Assembly: GCA_021161905.1 (NCBI GenBank) | Contig: JAGGZT010000004.1 | Location: forward strand, 73,884-137,883 | Direction: 5' to 3' | Source: Acidobacteriota bacterium | GTDB taxonomy: Bacteria; Acidobacteriota; B3-B38; Guanabaribacteriales; JAGGZT01 | DNA: 64,000 bases | Shown: in pieces, positions 29,104 to 37,272 of the stretch | Layout: each line of letters begins with the position of its first letter | Numbering within the stretch: position 1 is the first letter of the stretch | Notes under the pieces: generated by a model | The model's input: only the letters and a program-made list of their open reading frames with translations | What the model was told of the DNA's origin: nothing | The model's database searches: none | Translations under genes and position numbers: made by a program

Positions 29104-29610
29104 TTATTTCTTAGTTTCCTTAGAAGATGGAGAACTACTTTCAGGAGACAGCTTAAAGGAAGAAGAAGCTGCCTTAGGAGGCAGAGTTTCCTCGACCTTA
29201 CCCATATCCACCTTTCCTCTGAAGAAGGCACCTTCAGAGATCATCACCTTGGGGGATTTAATATCCCCCTCTACCGAACCAGAAGAAAGTATCTCCACTC
29301 GAGACTTAGCGGTTATATTCCCTACCACCTTTCCCTCAACCTTCACTTGATTAGCGAACAGCTCTGCCTTTACAAACGCGTTCTTCCCTATGGTAAGGTT
29401 TTTCTCTATATTTATCTTTCCGTCAAAGTTACCTTCTATCCTCACATCCTCGGAGCCGGAGAGGTCGCCCACCACCTTTATCATCTTGCCTATAACCGTG
29501 GTAACCCCAAATCCTGTTTCATCGGACATCGTTTCGCTCCTTCCTGTTGTGAGGGGATTGGTAGCTCCGGATGAAAACCCCTCTTTCTTTTTCTTATCAA
29601 AGATTCCCAC
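29104..29610 (-). CDS. Bactofilin (DUF583) cytoskeletal protein
   Basis: Beta-helical bactofilin repeat pattern (VVGDLSGSEDVRIEGNFDGKI...VKVEGKVVGNITA...VEILSSGSVEGDI) with a disordered Ser/Pro-rich C-terminal tail. Confidence 0.85.
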   Translation of the reverse strand: MGIFDKKKKEGFSSGATNPLTTGRSETMSDETGFGVTTVIGKMIKVVGDLSGSEDVRIEGNFDGKINIEKNLTIGKNAFVKAELFANQVKVEGKVVGNITAKSRVEILSSGSVEGDIKSPKVMISEGAFFRGKVDMGKVEETLPPKAASSSFKLSPESSSPSSKETKK

Positions 29611-29661
29611 TTTAACTCCCCCTTGAATTTAGGAAAACCAACCTACTCCATTACAAAAAAA

Positions 29662-29737
29662 TGGAGCGGGCAACGGGTCTCGAACCCGCGACCTCAAGCT
29701 TGGGAAGCTTGCGCTCTACCAACTGAGCTATACCCGC
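29662..29737 (-). tRNA. tRNA-Gly (anticodon CCC)
   Basis: Reverse complement GCGGGTATAGCTCAGTTGGTAGAGCGCAAGCTTCCCAAGCTTGAGGTCGCGGGTTCGAGACCCGTTGCCCGCTCCA. Anticodon loop TTCCCAA. 76 nt with encoded CCA. Confidence 0.9.
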
Positions 29738-29852
29738 TCCTTGCCACCCGATTAAAATGATAATTCCCTCTTCTTCCCTTGTCAATACCATTTTAGAAGA
29801 CATCTCCTCCCTTTCTTGCGGATTCAGAACGATGTTAGTAGAATAAGAGACG

Positions 29853-30722
29853 ATGAAAAAGAACAGCCTTGTTGACGAGATAAAGGCTCGAAGCCTATCG
29901 CTGAAATTACCCCAAGGTGAGGAGTGGGGGGTTATCCCCTTGAGTGAAGAAAAGAAGATCAGTACCGCTTTCTCGGTCCCTCTAAGGGAGGTTGAACTGA
30001 CCGCCCTCGAGATGAACATCATCCCCAAAAGATACCTAAGAAACATTGGAACTATCGGTATTGATGGTCAGAAGAAACTCCTTTCCTCTCTGGTAGCGGT
30101 GGTCGGTGCTGGAGGGCTCGGTGGTTTCATCATCGAACTACTCGCCCGGGCAGGGGTGGGAAGGATCACCGTAATCGACGGAGACCTGTTTGAGGAGAAC
30201 AACCTCAATCGCCAGCTCCTTGCGATCGAAAAAAACATCGGCAAAGAAAAGGTTCAATCAGCCAAAGAGAGGATAGCTACCATCAATTCGGCGGTCGAGG
30301 TGGAAGCGATCTTCGGTTTTCTCACCGAGGAGAAAGGAAGGGAGATCCTCTCCTCAGCCACCGTTATCTGCGATGCTTTAGACAACATTTCCTCCCGACG
30401 CATCTTGGGGAGGCTTTCCCGCCGTCTCGGCGTTCCCCTCGTTCACGGAGCAGTGGCAGGGTTTATCGGAGAGGTCACCACCATCTTCCCCGAGGATCCT
30501 GGGATCGAGCTCATCTACGGTGAAGAAGACATAGATAGAGGAGAGGAAGAGCTGGTGGGGAATCTGCCAGCAACGGTAGCCGCTGTTGCCTCCTTCCAGG
30601 TGCAAGAGGTGATAAAGATCATTACGGGAAGGGGAAAGCCTCTTCGGAAAAAGCTCCTCATAATAGACACGGAGAGCGGGACATTCGAAACGGTGGATCT
30701 GGTAAAGGGAGATAGGAGATGA
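29853..30722 (+). CDS. ThiF/MoeB/HesA-family E1-like adenylyltransferase
   Basis: Nucleotide-binding motif VAVVGAGGLGGFIIELLARAGVGRITVIDGDLFEENNLNRQ. A ~70 aa N-terminal extension. No C-terminal rhodanese domain. Confidence 0.8.
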   Translation: MKKNSLVDEIKARSLSLKLPQGEEWGVIPLSEEKKISTAFSVPLREVELTALEMNIIPKRYLRNIGTIGIDGQKKLLSSLVAVVGAGGLGGFIIELLARAGVGRITVIDGDLFEENNLNRQLLAIEKNIGKEKVQSAKERIATINSAVEVEAIFGFLTEEKGREILSSATVICDALDNISSRRILGRLSRRLGVPLVHGAVAGFIGEVTTIFPEDPGIELIYGEEDIDRGEEELVGNLPATVAAVASFQVQEVIKIITGRGKPLRKKLLIIDTESGTFETVDLVKGDRR

Positions 30723-30949
30723 GAGTAAAGGTAAAAGGGGTAGGCGCAGTCAAAAAGTATATTGAGGGAAGAAAGACCCCTTATGTGAACCTTCCTCCTG
30801 AGGCAAGTATATTGGACTTAATAAAAAAACTAAACCTGAACCCACAACTGGTGGCGATGGTCACAGTAAACGGAAGGGTGGTGGGAAAGGATTATAAGCC
30901 AAAGGAAGGCGATGAGGTCTTCCTGATGAACATATTCTCGGGAGGATAA
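30719..30949 (+). CDS. MoaD/ThiS-family ubiquitin-like sulfur-carrier protein with C-terminal Gly-Gly
   Basis: 76 aa ending ...FLMNIFSGG. Start overlaps the stop of the ThiF-like gene (ATGA). Confidence 0.75.
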   Translation: MRVKVKGVGAVKKYIEGRKTPYVNLPPEASILDLIKKLNLNPQLVAMVTVNGRVVGKDYKPKEGDEVFLMNIFSGG

Positions 30950-30983
30950 AAGCTTTTCCTCGGATTTAGCCCAACTACGATAA

Positions 30984-31015
30984 AACGCCCCGAGGGCGAA
31001 AGCCCTCGGGGCGTT
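30984..31015. terminator. Bidirectional rho-independent terminator between the moaD-like gene and the AOR gene
   Basis: Perfect 14-bp stem AACGCCCCGAGGGC-GAAA-GCCCTCGGGGCGTT with a GNRA-type tetraloop. Confidence 0.8.
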
Positions 31016-31034
31016 AATCCGTTCACCTCGAACC

Positions 31035-32885
31035 CTACAGCCTACCCGCCTTTTTCAGCTCCTCGATGGCGAAATCGAGCCCCAACTCGGAGAGCTTTGC
31101 TTCAGTGGGTATCCCGTTCTTATCCCAGCCGCGGAGTTTATAATAATCGTCGAGAAGAGCCTCAACCATCTCTTTGGTCAACTTGGCTCCCTTGGTGGGA
31201 CCATCGGGTATCGGATCCTCGATGAATCTCGCCGGAGGATAATCCCAGCTCCTCCCGAAGTCAGGATACTCCCGCACCCAGAAGCAGCGGGTAAGGTTCC
31301 ACACCCGCTCCGAGGTCTTGAGGTAGCCCTCAAGGTCGTAGTCGAAACCGGTGATGGCGTTTATGAGTGGAGGATAGGTCTCAAGCGGAAGATTCACCTC
31401 CACCCATTGGAGACGGCAGGCACCGAGCATATCAAAGAGGGGGCGGATGTGCTGCAATTCGATAACCTTAGCTGCCTTACCTTCAACCTTATCCCTTCCC
31501 ACCTCGATGTCATAGGTTATCGCCCAGGCACGATTATGATGGGCACCGATATCGGTGGTCATATAGGCAAGAGCCATCGCTGGCGCATGGTGGAACTCAT
31601 AACCCGACACCTCAAGCCCCTTCACCTGGATAGCGAACTTCTCACTTCCACCACCGAACTCCTTCGCCGCCTCCCTCACCCCTTTAGCGAGAATGGCGCC
31701 GATACCCTCCTTCTTCGCTATCTTCTCGATCAGGGCGTAAACTCCCTCTGGATCGCCAAAGGAAAGTTTGATCCCATCGGTATCCTTCTCGGTGATTATC
31801 CCTCGCTCAAAGCACTCGATGGCAAAGGCGCAGATATTCCCTGCTGAGATGCTGTCCAGACCAAGCTCATCAACCAAGTAGTTAGCATAAGCCACATCCT
31901 TTATATTGGTGAAACCGACATTTCCCCCGATGAGGGCGATCGTCTCGTACTCCGGTCCCTCCACATAAAATTCCTTACCCTTATAAGTAAAATGAGAATA
32001 CTTACCACAGGGAGAAGGACAGCTATGACAACCCTTATCTATCTTCACTATCTCCTCCCGCATAACGGGACCAGAGAGGTTTTTATACTCAGCAAGCCAA
32101 CCACTTGAGAAGTTCCGCACCGGGAACGCCCCGATCTCGTTCACCCACTCCACCACACCGGGGGTGCCGTATTTAATCCAGGTCTCGGTGGCAGGGGATT
32201 CCGCTATAATACGGAACATCTCCTTCGCCTGGCGGACATACCCTTCGAAATCGTGAACCGGAACACCCTTTGTCCCCTTCACCGCGATCGCCTTCACCTT
32301 CTTCGAGCCCATCACCGCACCAACACCGGTTCTTCCTGCCTGACGTCCGAAATCATGGGAGATACAGGAGATGGGAATAAGGTTCTCACCGGCAGGTCCG
32401 ATCACCGCTATCTGATAGTCCTCCCCTAAATCGTCCTTCAGCATCTTCTCCGCGGTGATCGCCCCTTTACCCCAATACTTGCTTCCATCTATCAGCTCAA
32501 CCTCATCATCGGTTATGACCACAACGGTCGGCTTATCCGCCACCCCCTCGAGGATCACCATATCGTAACCGGCGAACTTCATCTCCGCAGAGAGATGTCC
32601 GCCCACATTGGAATCGCCATAACTCCCGGTAGCAGGCGATTTGGCAGCAAAGGTGGTCTTACCACCGCCGGGGGCAAACATCCCGGAGAGGATCCCTGAG
32701 ACCATAAGGAGTTTATTCTCCGGACCAAGGGGATCTGCCCCCTTAGGCACCTCCCGGAAGAGATAGTAAGCAGCAAAACCCCTCCCCCCAAGATAACTCC
32801 TCGCCACCTCAGGGTCAGTAGGGGTTTTTTCTATCTTACCCGTGGTGAGGTTTATCCTTAAAATAGTCCCACCGTATCCGTTCAT
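31035..32885 (-). CDS. aor: Aldehyde:ferredoxin oxidoreductase family (tungsten/molybdenum-pterin, 4Fe-4S)
   Basis: Start at MNGYGG, with AGGAGGAGAAAG immediately upstream. The longer track ORF adds MRRRK. AOR_N motifs (GGTILRINLTTGKI, YLGGRGFA) and C-terminal AOR domain with Cys ligands. Confidence 0.9.
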   Translation of the reverse strand: MNGYGGTILRINLTTGKIEKTPTDPEVARSYLGGRGFAAYYLFREVPKGADPLGPENKLLMVSGILSGMFAPGGGKTTFAAKSPATGSYGDSNVGGHLSAEMKFAGYDMVILEGVADKPTVVVITDDEVELIDGSKYWGKGAITAEKMLKDDLGEDYQIAVIGPAGENLIPISCISHDFGRQAGRTGVGAVMGSKKVKAIAVKGTKGVPVHDFEGYVRQAKEMFRIIAESPATETWIKYGTPGVVEWVNEIGAFPVRNFSSGWLAEYKNLSGPVMREEIVKIDKGCHSCPSPCGKYSHFTYKGKEFYVEGPEYETIALIGGNVGFTNIKDVAYANYLVDELGLDSISAGNICAFAIECFERGIITEKDTDGIKLSFGDPEGVYALIEKIAKKEGIGAILAKGVREAAKEFGGGSEKFAIQVKGLEVSGYEFHHAPAMALAYMTTDIGAHHNRAWAITYDIEVGRDKVEGKAAKVIELQHIRPLFDMLGACRLQWVEVNLPLETYPPLINAITGFDYDLEGYLKTSERVWNLTRCFWVREYPDFGRSWDYPPARFIEDPIPDGPTKGAKLTKEMVEALLDDYYKLRGWDKNGIPTEAKLSELGLDFAIEELKKAGRL

Positions 32886-32896
32886 CTTTCTCCTCC

Positions 32897-33289
32897 TCAT
32901 TTTCTTTCGGTTAACGCCTTAGTGGGGCAGATGGCAACGCACTCGCCGCAGTAGTCGCACTTGAACATATACTCATACTCCTGATGGGGAACGATCACTC
33001 CCGTAGGACAGGCATCGGCACAAGCCCAGCAGAGGATGCATTTTTCCGGATCGACCTTATAGATTCCATTATCGTTGTAGATGGCATCGACAGGGCAGGC
33101 TTCAGCGCACTTCCCGCACTGGATGCAGATGGCTATCTTGTACTTTCCCGGAGCAGGGAATTCACCCTTCACCCAGATCGCCGACTTCTTGGGATTCGTC
33201 TCCTTAAAATGAAATATGGAACAAACCGTCTGACAGAGGAGACACCCACAACAGCGCTCCTCATCGACCTTTATACTTTTTATAGGCAT
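32897..33289 (-). CDS. Ferredoxin with multiple [4Fe-4S] motifs (likely electron partner of AOR)
   Basis: 130 aa with four Cys clusters: CCGCLLCQTVC, CIQCGKCAEACP, CILCWACADACP, CDYCGECVAICP. Confidence 0.85.
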   Translation of the reverse strand: MPIKSIKVDEERCCGCLLCQTVCSIFHFKETNPKKSAIWVKGEFPAPGKYKIAICIQCGKCAEACPVDAIYNDNGIYKVDPEKCILCWACADACPTGVIVPHQEYEYMFKCDYCGECVAICPTKALTERK

Positions 33290-33315
33290 ATTAGAACACC
33301 TCCCACAAACTTTAC

Positions 33316-35436
33316 TTATTTGATCACTGCCTTCCTGACACCAATATTATAGGAGGAATCCTCCACCTTAACCACTATTATATGCTCCCCTGGAGCAAGG
33401 GAGGGAAGCCGAAGTTTGAACGACTCCTTTCTGGAATCAAGCATACCATCCACCGAGGATAATCTTTCCCATTTCCCCGCGTCGATGGAATACCAAGCGT
33501 CCTTGATGAAGCTCAACTCATCGGAGGCGGAAAAGGACACCACTGCCCGCCCCTTTCCCCTGATCACCTGAAGCACAGACAACTTGGGTGGGGTATTATC
33601 GACCACGAAGAAATCGGATATCTTCTCCGTAGAAAGGGGGTGAGCCGGATTCGTCACCACATCTGAAACTACCACCTTTAGCTGGTATCTTCCATCGGGA
33701 ACCGATTCCGTATCCCAAGAATAAAAAGGCCGGGAAAGATCCTTTATTAGGGGCATCCAATTTCTCTCTCCTTCACCTCGAACGAAAAGACTGTAGCGAA
33801 GCTCATCACCATTCGGATCCACTCCCTTGAAGAGGAAGGTGAGCATCCCCTTGCGATATAGCATCTTTCCTAAATCCTCCCCAGCTGATGGCTTCCTCCC
33901 AAGTTTCAACGGTTTTTCCAGATGGGATTGGTATCCCGGAGGAAGAAGAGCGAGGAGCTCATTGGTGTACTGGGCTTCCCGCTTGAAATAGATACCCGGT
34001 GGATAAACCACTATCTTGTTTACTTTCGGGGGAAGGTTCTGGGGGAGATAGAAGAGGGACACCGAATGCAACCTCGGGGTGAGCTTTGGGTTTTCACTAA
34101 CCAGCTCCGCCCGAAACTGGATGAACCGGGCGGGCGGACTTTTCACCTCTGAACCTTCTGGATTCAAATAGGGCGGAGACCAGGGGCTCCAGGTAGCGTC
34201 CGGTTTCTCTGAATTTCCACTCCTGGTAAAGAGCCTGATATAGGTACCGGTCGGAGTCCTCCCGGAAAAGGATATCCTGCCGAAGCGGGAGATGGTTTTC
34301 GTATCCTTGACAGGGGAAAGATAGATCCCCTTAGCCCGGAACTTGGGCTCAAGCTTCAATAGTTCAGAGGAATTGCTCGTACCTATAAAAAGGGTGTTCC
34401 CCGTCGGAGCGAGCGCGGTTATATCCTTCTGGGAAACCTTCATTATAAGAGAGCTCTTCCCCTCCTCATCAATGAGAAGAAGAGTCCCTTTACTCCCCGT
34501 TCCTACAAAAACCCCCCTCCCCTTTATATAGGCGAGGGAAAATACCCGCTCCTTCTTGAGCTTCAACACCTCCTCCACCTTTTTCCCATCTGGTGAGATG
34601 CGGTAAACAACCGAGGCAAACTCGTCCTTCACCTCCTGCTTTGTTCCCTTCTCCTCTCCTTCGCTGGAACTCGGGGAAGCCTTTTTCCCTCCCTTTACCG
34701 CGGCAGCATATATCATCCCTTTATCATCGACGGCGAAAGCCTTCACCTCATAAAACGGGGTATCCCACAGAACCGAGGCTTTATTCTTCCCCTCCACCTT
34801 CAGTACCAGCCCGCTACCCGCAGTACCAGCAAGGAGAAAGCCGGCAGGATGCCAGAAGAGAGCGGTGATGTGGTCCTCCTTGGTCTCATAATGGAGATCG
34901 CCTTTACCCGCAGGGTCTACCTTGAAAATGCTACCGCTATCACCGGTTCCCGCATATAGGTTTCCCGCTGGATCAAAGGCAAGAGACCAGATATACCGCT
35001 TCCTCGGATTGAAGAAGGAAACAGCACTTCCCGAAGGGCTCACCCGATATATCTTCCCCCTGGGGGAGGAAGCGACGAAAAGGCTTCCCGATTTAGAAAA
35101 AGCGAGAGCATAGATCTCCATCTCAGGAGCCTTGAAGAAAAGGGAGCCCTTGCCCTGGGGAGAGACCCGAAATACCTTCCCTTCGCTACCCGTCCCCAAA
35201 TAAAGCTCGCCACCAGCGCCTACAGCAAGCGCCCAGATACGAGGGGCATCCGGCTTGAACAAAGAGGAAGAAAGGGGGGCGATAACTATCTCCCCCTCAC
35301 CGGTTATCGAGCTCGTCTTCGGCTCGCCAGAGAGAAAGCCCTTTCCCTTCACCTGCCACACCTTGACCGTGGAAGAAAGAAGAAAAGGGACAATCAGAAA
35401 TAAGAAAAAAGCAAGCGATAAGATTCTCCGTCTCAT
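33316..35436 (-). CDS. Secreted beta-propeller repeat protein (Reg_prop / NHL-like ~40-aa repeats) with a C-terminal Ig-like region
   Basis: Signal peptide. At least 7 repeats of type G.LY.GT...G.IY.V.P.G. C-terminal beta-sandwich-like region. Confidence 0.55.
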   Translation of the reverse strand: MRRRILSLAFFLFLIVPFLLSSTVKVWQVKGKGFLSGEPKTSSITGEGEIVIAPLSSSLFKPDAPRIWALAVGAGGELYLGTGSEGKVFRVSPQGKGSLFFKAPEMEIYALAFSKSGSLFVASSPRGKIYRVSPSGSAVSFFNPRKRYIWSLAFDPAGNLYAGTGDSGSIFKVDPAGKGDLHYETKEDHITALFWHPAGFLLAGTAGSGLVLKVEGKNKASVLWDTPFYEVKAFAVDDKGMIYAAAVKGGKKASPSSSEGEEKGTKQEVKDEFASVVYRISPDGKKVEEVLKLKKERVFSLAYIKGRGVFVGTGSKGTLLLIDEEGKSSLIMKVSQKDITALAPTGNTLFIGTSNSSELLKLEPKFRAKGIYLSPVKDTKTISRFGRISFSGRTPTGTYIRLFTRSGNSEKPDATWSPWSPPYLNPEGSEVKSPPARFIQFRAELVSENPKLTPRLHSVSLFYLPQNLPPKVNKIVVYPPGIYFKREAQYTNELLALLPPGYQSHLEKPLKLGRKPSAGEDLGKMLYRKGMLTFLFKGVDPNGDELRYSLFVRGEGERNWMPLIKDLSRPFYSWDTESVPDGRYQLKVVVSDVVTNPAHPLSTEKISDFFVVDNTPPKLSVLQVIRGKGRAVVSFSASDELSFIKDAWYSIDAGKWERLSSVDGMLDSRKESFKLRLPSLAPGEHIIVVKVEDSSYNIGVRKAVIK

Positions 35437-35454
35437 ATCCCCTCCCTTGACACT

Positions 35455-37251
35455 CTACTCCGTTATTCTAAGGGTCAATTCCCTTTTTCCTATGATCTTA
35501 TATTCTGTCTTCAACCTCTCCTCGTCGAGGAAGACAGCATCGATCTTCTTGAACCCGCCTTCCCCACCGGCATCACCCATCACCGCGAGGATCGATGGGG
35601 GAAGAGCAGGTAGATACTTGCCCTTAAGCAAACCGCTCTCCCCCTTGCGGGAAAAGAGGGCGTAGACGATGTTATTCCGCCGCATATTGCTAAGCAAGCG
35701 GATCAGGTCCTCGACACTCCGCGGCTTTATACCTCCCTTCAACTTCTCCCGCTCGAAGGCAGAGACAGAGGAAGCATCGCCCACCACTATCTTGACCTTG
35801 CCCGGGCTCATCTTCAGGGGAACCCTCAGATGAAACCTTCTCACCACAGGCTTCCCCCTCCTCGGCTTCAACCTCACCGACAGGGTTAACGGCTCACCCG
35901 GTTTTGCCCTCGCCTTATCGAGCCAGGCATCGATGAGGCTCGCCTCCCTAAGCTCATCGGAGTAATCGATGGTGAGCCTTATCCCCCTTATATCTACCTT
36001 TCTGAACTCGTTGTTATAGAGATAATGGACTATAGCTCCAACGATGGTGCTCGCCTCCTCAGATGCCGAAGTTCCGGAAAAAAGGTTATCTATCCTCACC
36101 GAAGGAAGGTCGCCAAGCTCGATCCTCCCCGATAGATGGATACTCATATCACCGGATCCCTTCTCCACCGATTGGATGATGTTCGCCAGGGTAAGCTGGA
36201 CCAAGAAGGGAGCGAAGACCGAATGAAGGGCAACATTGTAATGGAAAACCTCCTCTCCCTTCTTTGAACGGAGTTTGACCTCAATGGGGAGAAGGAGAGG
36301 TTTCCTTCCGAGTATGCCCAAAGTACCGGCGCTCCTATCCTGAACCACTGCTCCCACCTCTTTAGTAGGCACAGCAAGCTTGGAGGATTCAGCGAGGGAA
36401 GGAAGAATGGTAACCACTTTTGCCTTGGTGAGAGGAAGCGAGGTAGCTCCAAGGAGGAAAAATGGATGTCCGAAGGCGAGTACCCTATCACCTCGACGAT
36501 AGGTGAGGGTACCGGTAGCGGTAAGGTTTACATCCCCGGACACGAGCTGGACGCCAATCGCAGAGCCAGGGGCAAGCTCACTCCCATCATCTTCCCCGCT
36601 CAGCCCGCCTCCGAACTGAGTGGCAATAAAACCGTATTTTGCAAATACCGATTGATATCGACGGATAAGTGCTGGCGAGAACCCAGAGAAAACAAGGGGT
36701 GTCTCGATCGGCTTGAAACTTAACCCCGAAGCAAGCTCTCCCTTCAAGGGGAGGAAATTAAAGGAAGGAAGAACCGTCTTCTTCTCAGGCTTAAGAGGCA
36801 AGGGGAGCGGTTTCACAAAGCCTAAAAAATCACTTTGAAGAAATCCACCCTTTATTTCCTCTTTATCCTTCTCATCTATCTTCAACATATATTCTATGGG
36901 GGTGATCCCCACTATCGGTTCCTTAATAAAGGTTCCAATGCGGAGGGAAACGGCACCCACCAATTTCCCATCTATATAAACCGGGGACCCGCTCATCCCA
37001 GCCATAACCCCCGCAGCCTTCACCTTATCTCCGGAAAGGCGAGCTAAGATGAGGTCCATCTTGGGTCCAAGAGCATTTCTCAACACACCGAGGATCTCCA
37101 CATTGAACTCCTCTATCTTCTCTCCCTGAAAGACGGTTTTCCCTACCCCTTTCATCCCCACCTTTACCTGAGATAGGGGGAGGATTGGCTCCTCCGCGTA
37201 AGAGAGAAGGGAAATGGCAACAGCTAAGAAAAAAAGCGTTATCTTCCTCAT
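35455..37251 (-). CDS. Secreted peptidase S55 (SpoIVB-like) domain protein
   Basis: Signal peptide. GVMAGMSGSPVYIDGKLVGAVS resembles the SpoIVB catalytic-Ser region (GMSGSP). The C-terminal ~250 aa are unassigned. Family call from motif memory only. Confidence 0.45.
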   Translation of the reverse strand: MRKITLFFLAVAISLLSYAEEPILPLSQVKVGMKGVGKTVFQGEKIEEFNVEILGVLRNALGPKMDLILARLSGDKVKAAGVMAGMSGSPVYIDGKLVGAVSLRIGTFIKEPIVGITPIEYMLKIDEKDKEEIKGGFLQSDFLGFVKPLPLPLKPEKKTVLPSFNFLPLKGELASGLSFKPIETPLVFSGFSPALIRRYQSVFAKYGFIATQFGGGLSGEDDGSELAPGSAIGVQLVSGDVNLTATGTLTYRRGDRVLAFGHPFFLLGATSLPLTKAKVVTILPSLAESSKLAVPTKEVGAVVQDRSAGTLGILGRKPLLLPIEVKLRSKKGEEVFHYNVALHSVFAPFLVQLTLANIIQSVEKGSGDMSIHLSGRIELGDLPSVRIDNLFSGTSASEEASTIVGAIVHYLYNNEFRKVDIRGIRLTIDYSDELREASLIDAWLDKARAKPGEPLTLSVRLKPRRGKPVVRRFHLRVPLKMSPGKVKIVVGDASSVSAFEREKLKGGIKPRSVEDLIRLLSNMRRNNIVYALFSRKGESGLLKGKYLPALPPSILAVMGDAGGEGGFKKIDAVFLDEERLKTEYKIIGKRELTLRITE

Positions 37252-37272
37252 CGCTCTCCTCTGATGATATGT

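Noticed and set aside
29651-30046. Track ORF 29651-30046 (-), 131 aa
   Set aside because: It spans the tRNA-Gly(CCC) gene and the ThiF promoter region. It has no ribosome-binding site or family, so it is spurious.
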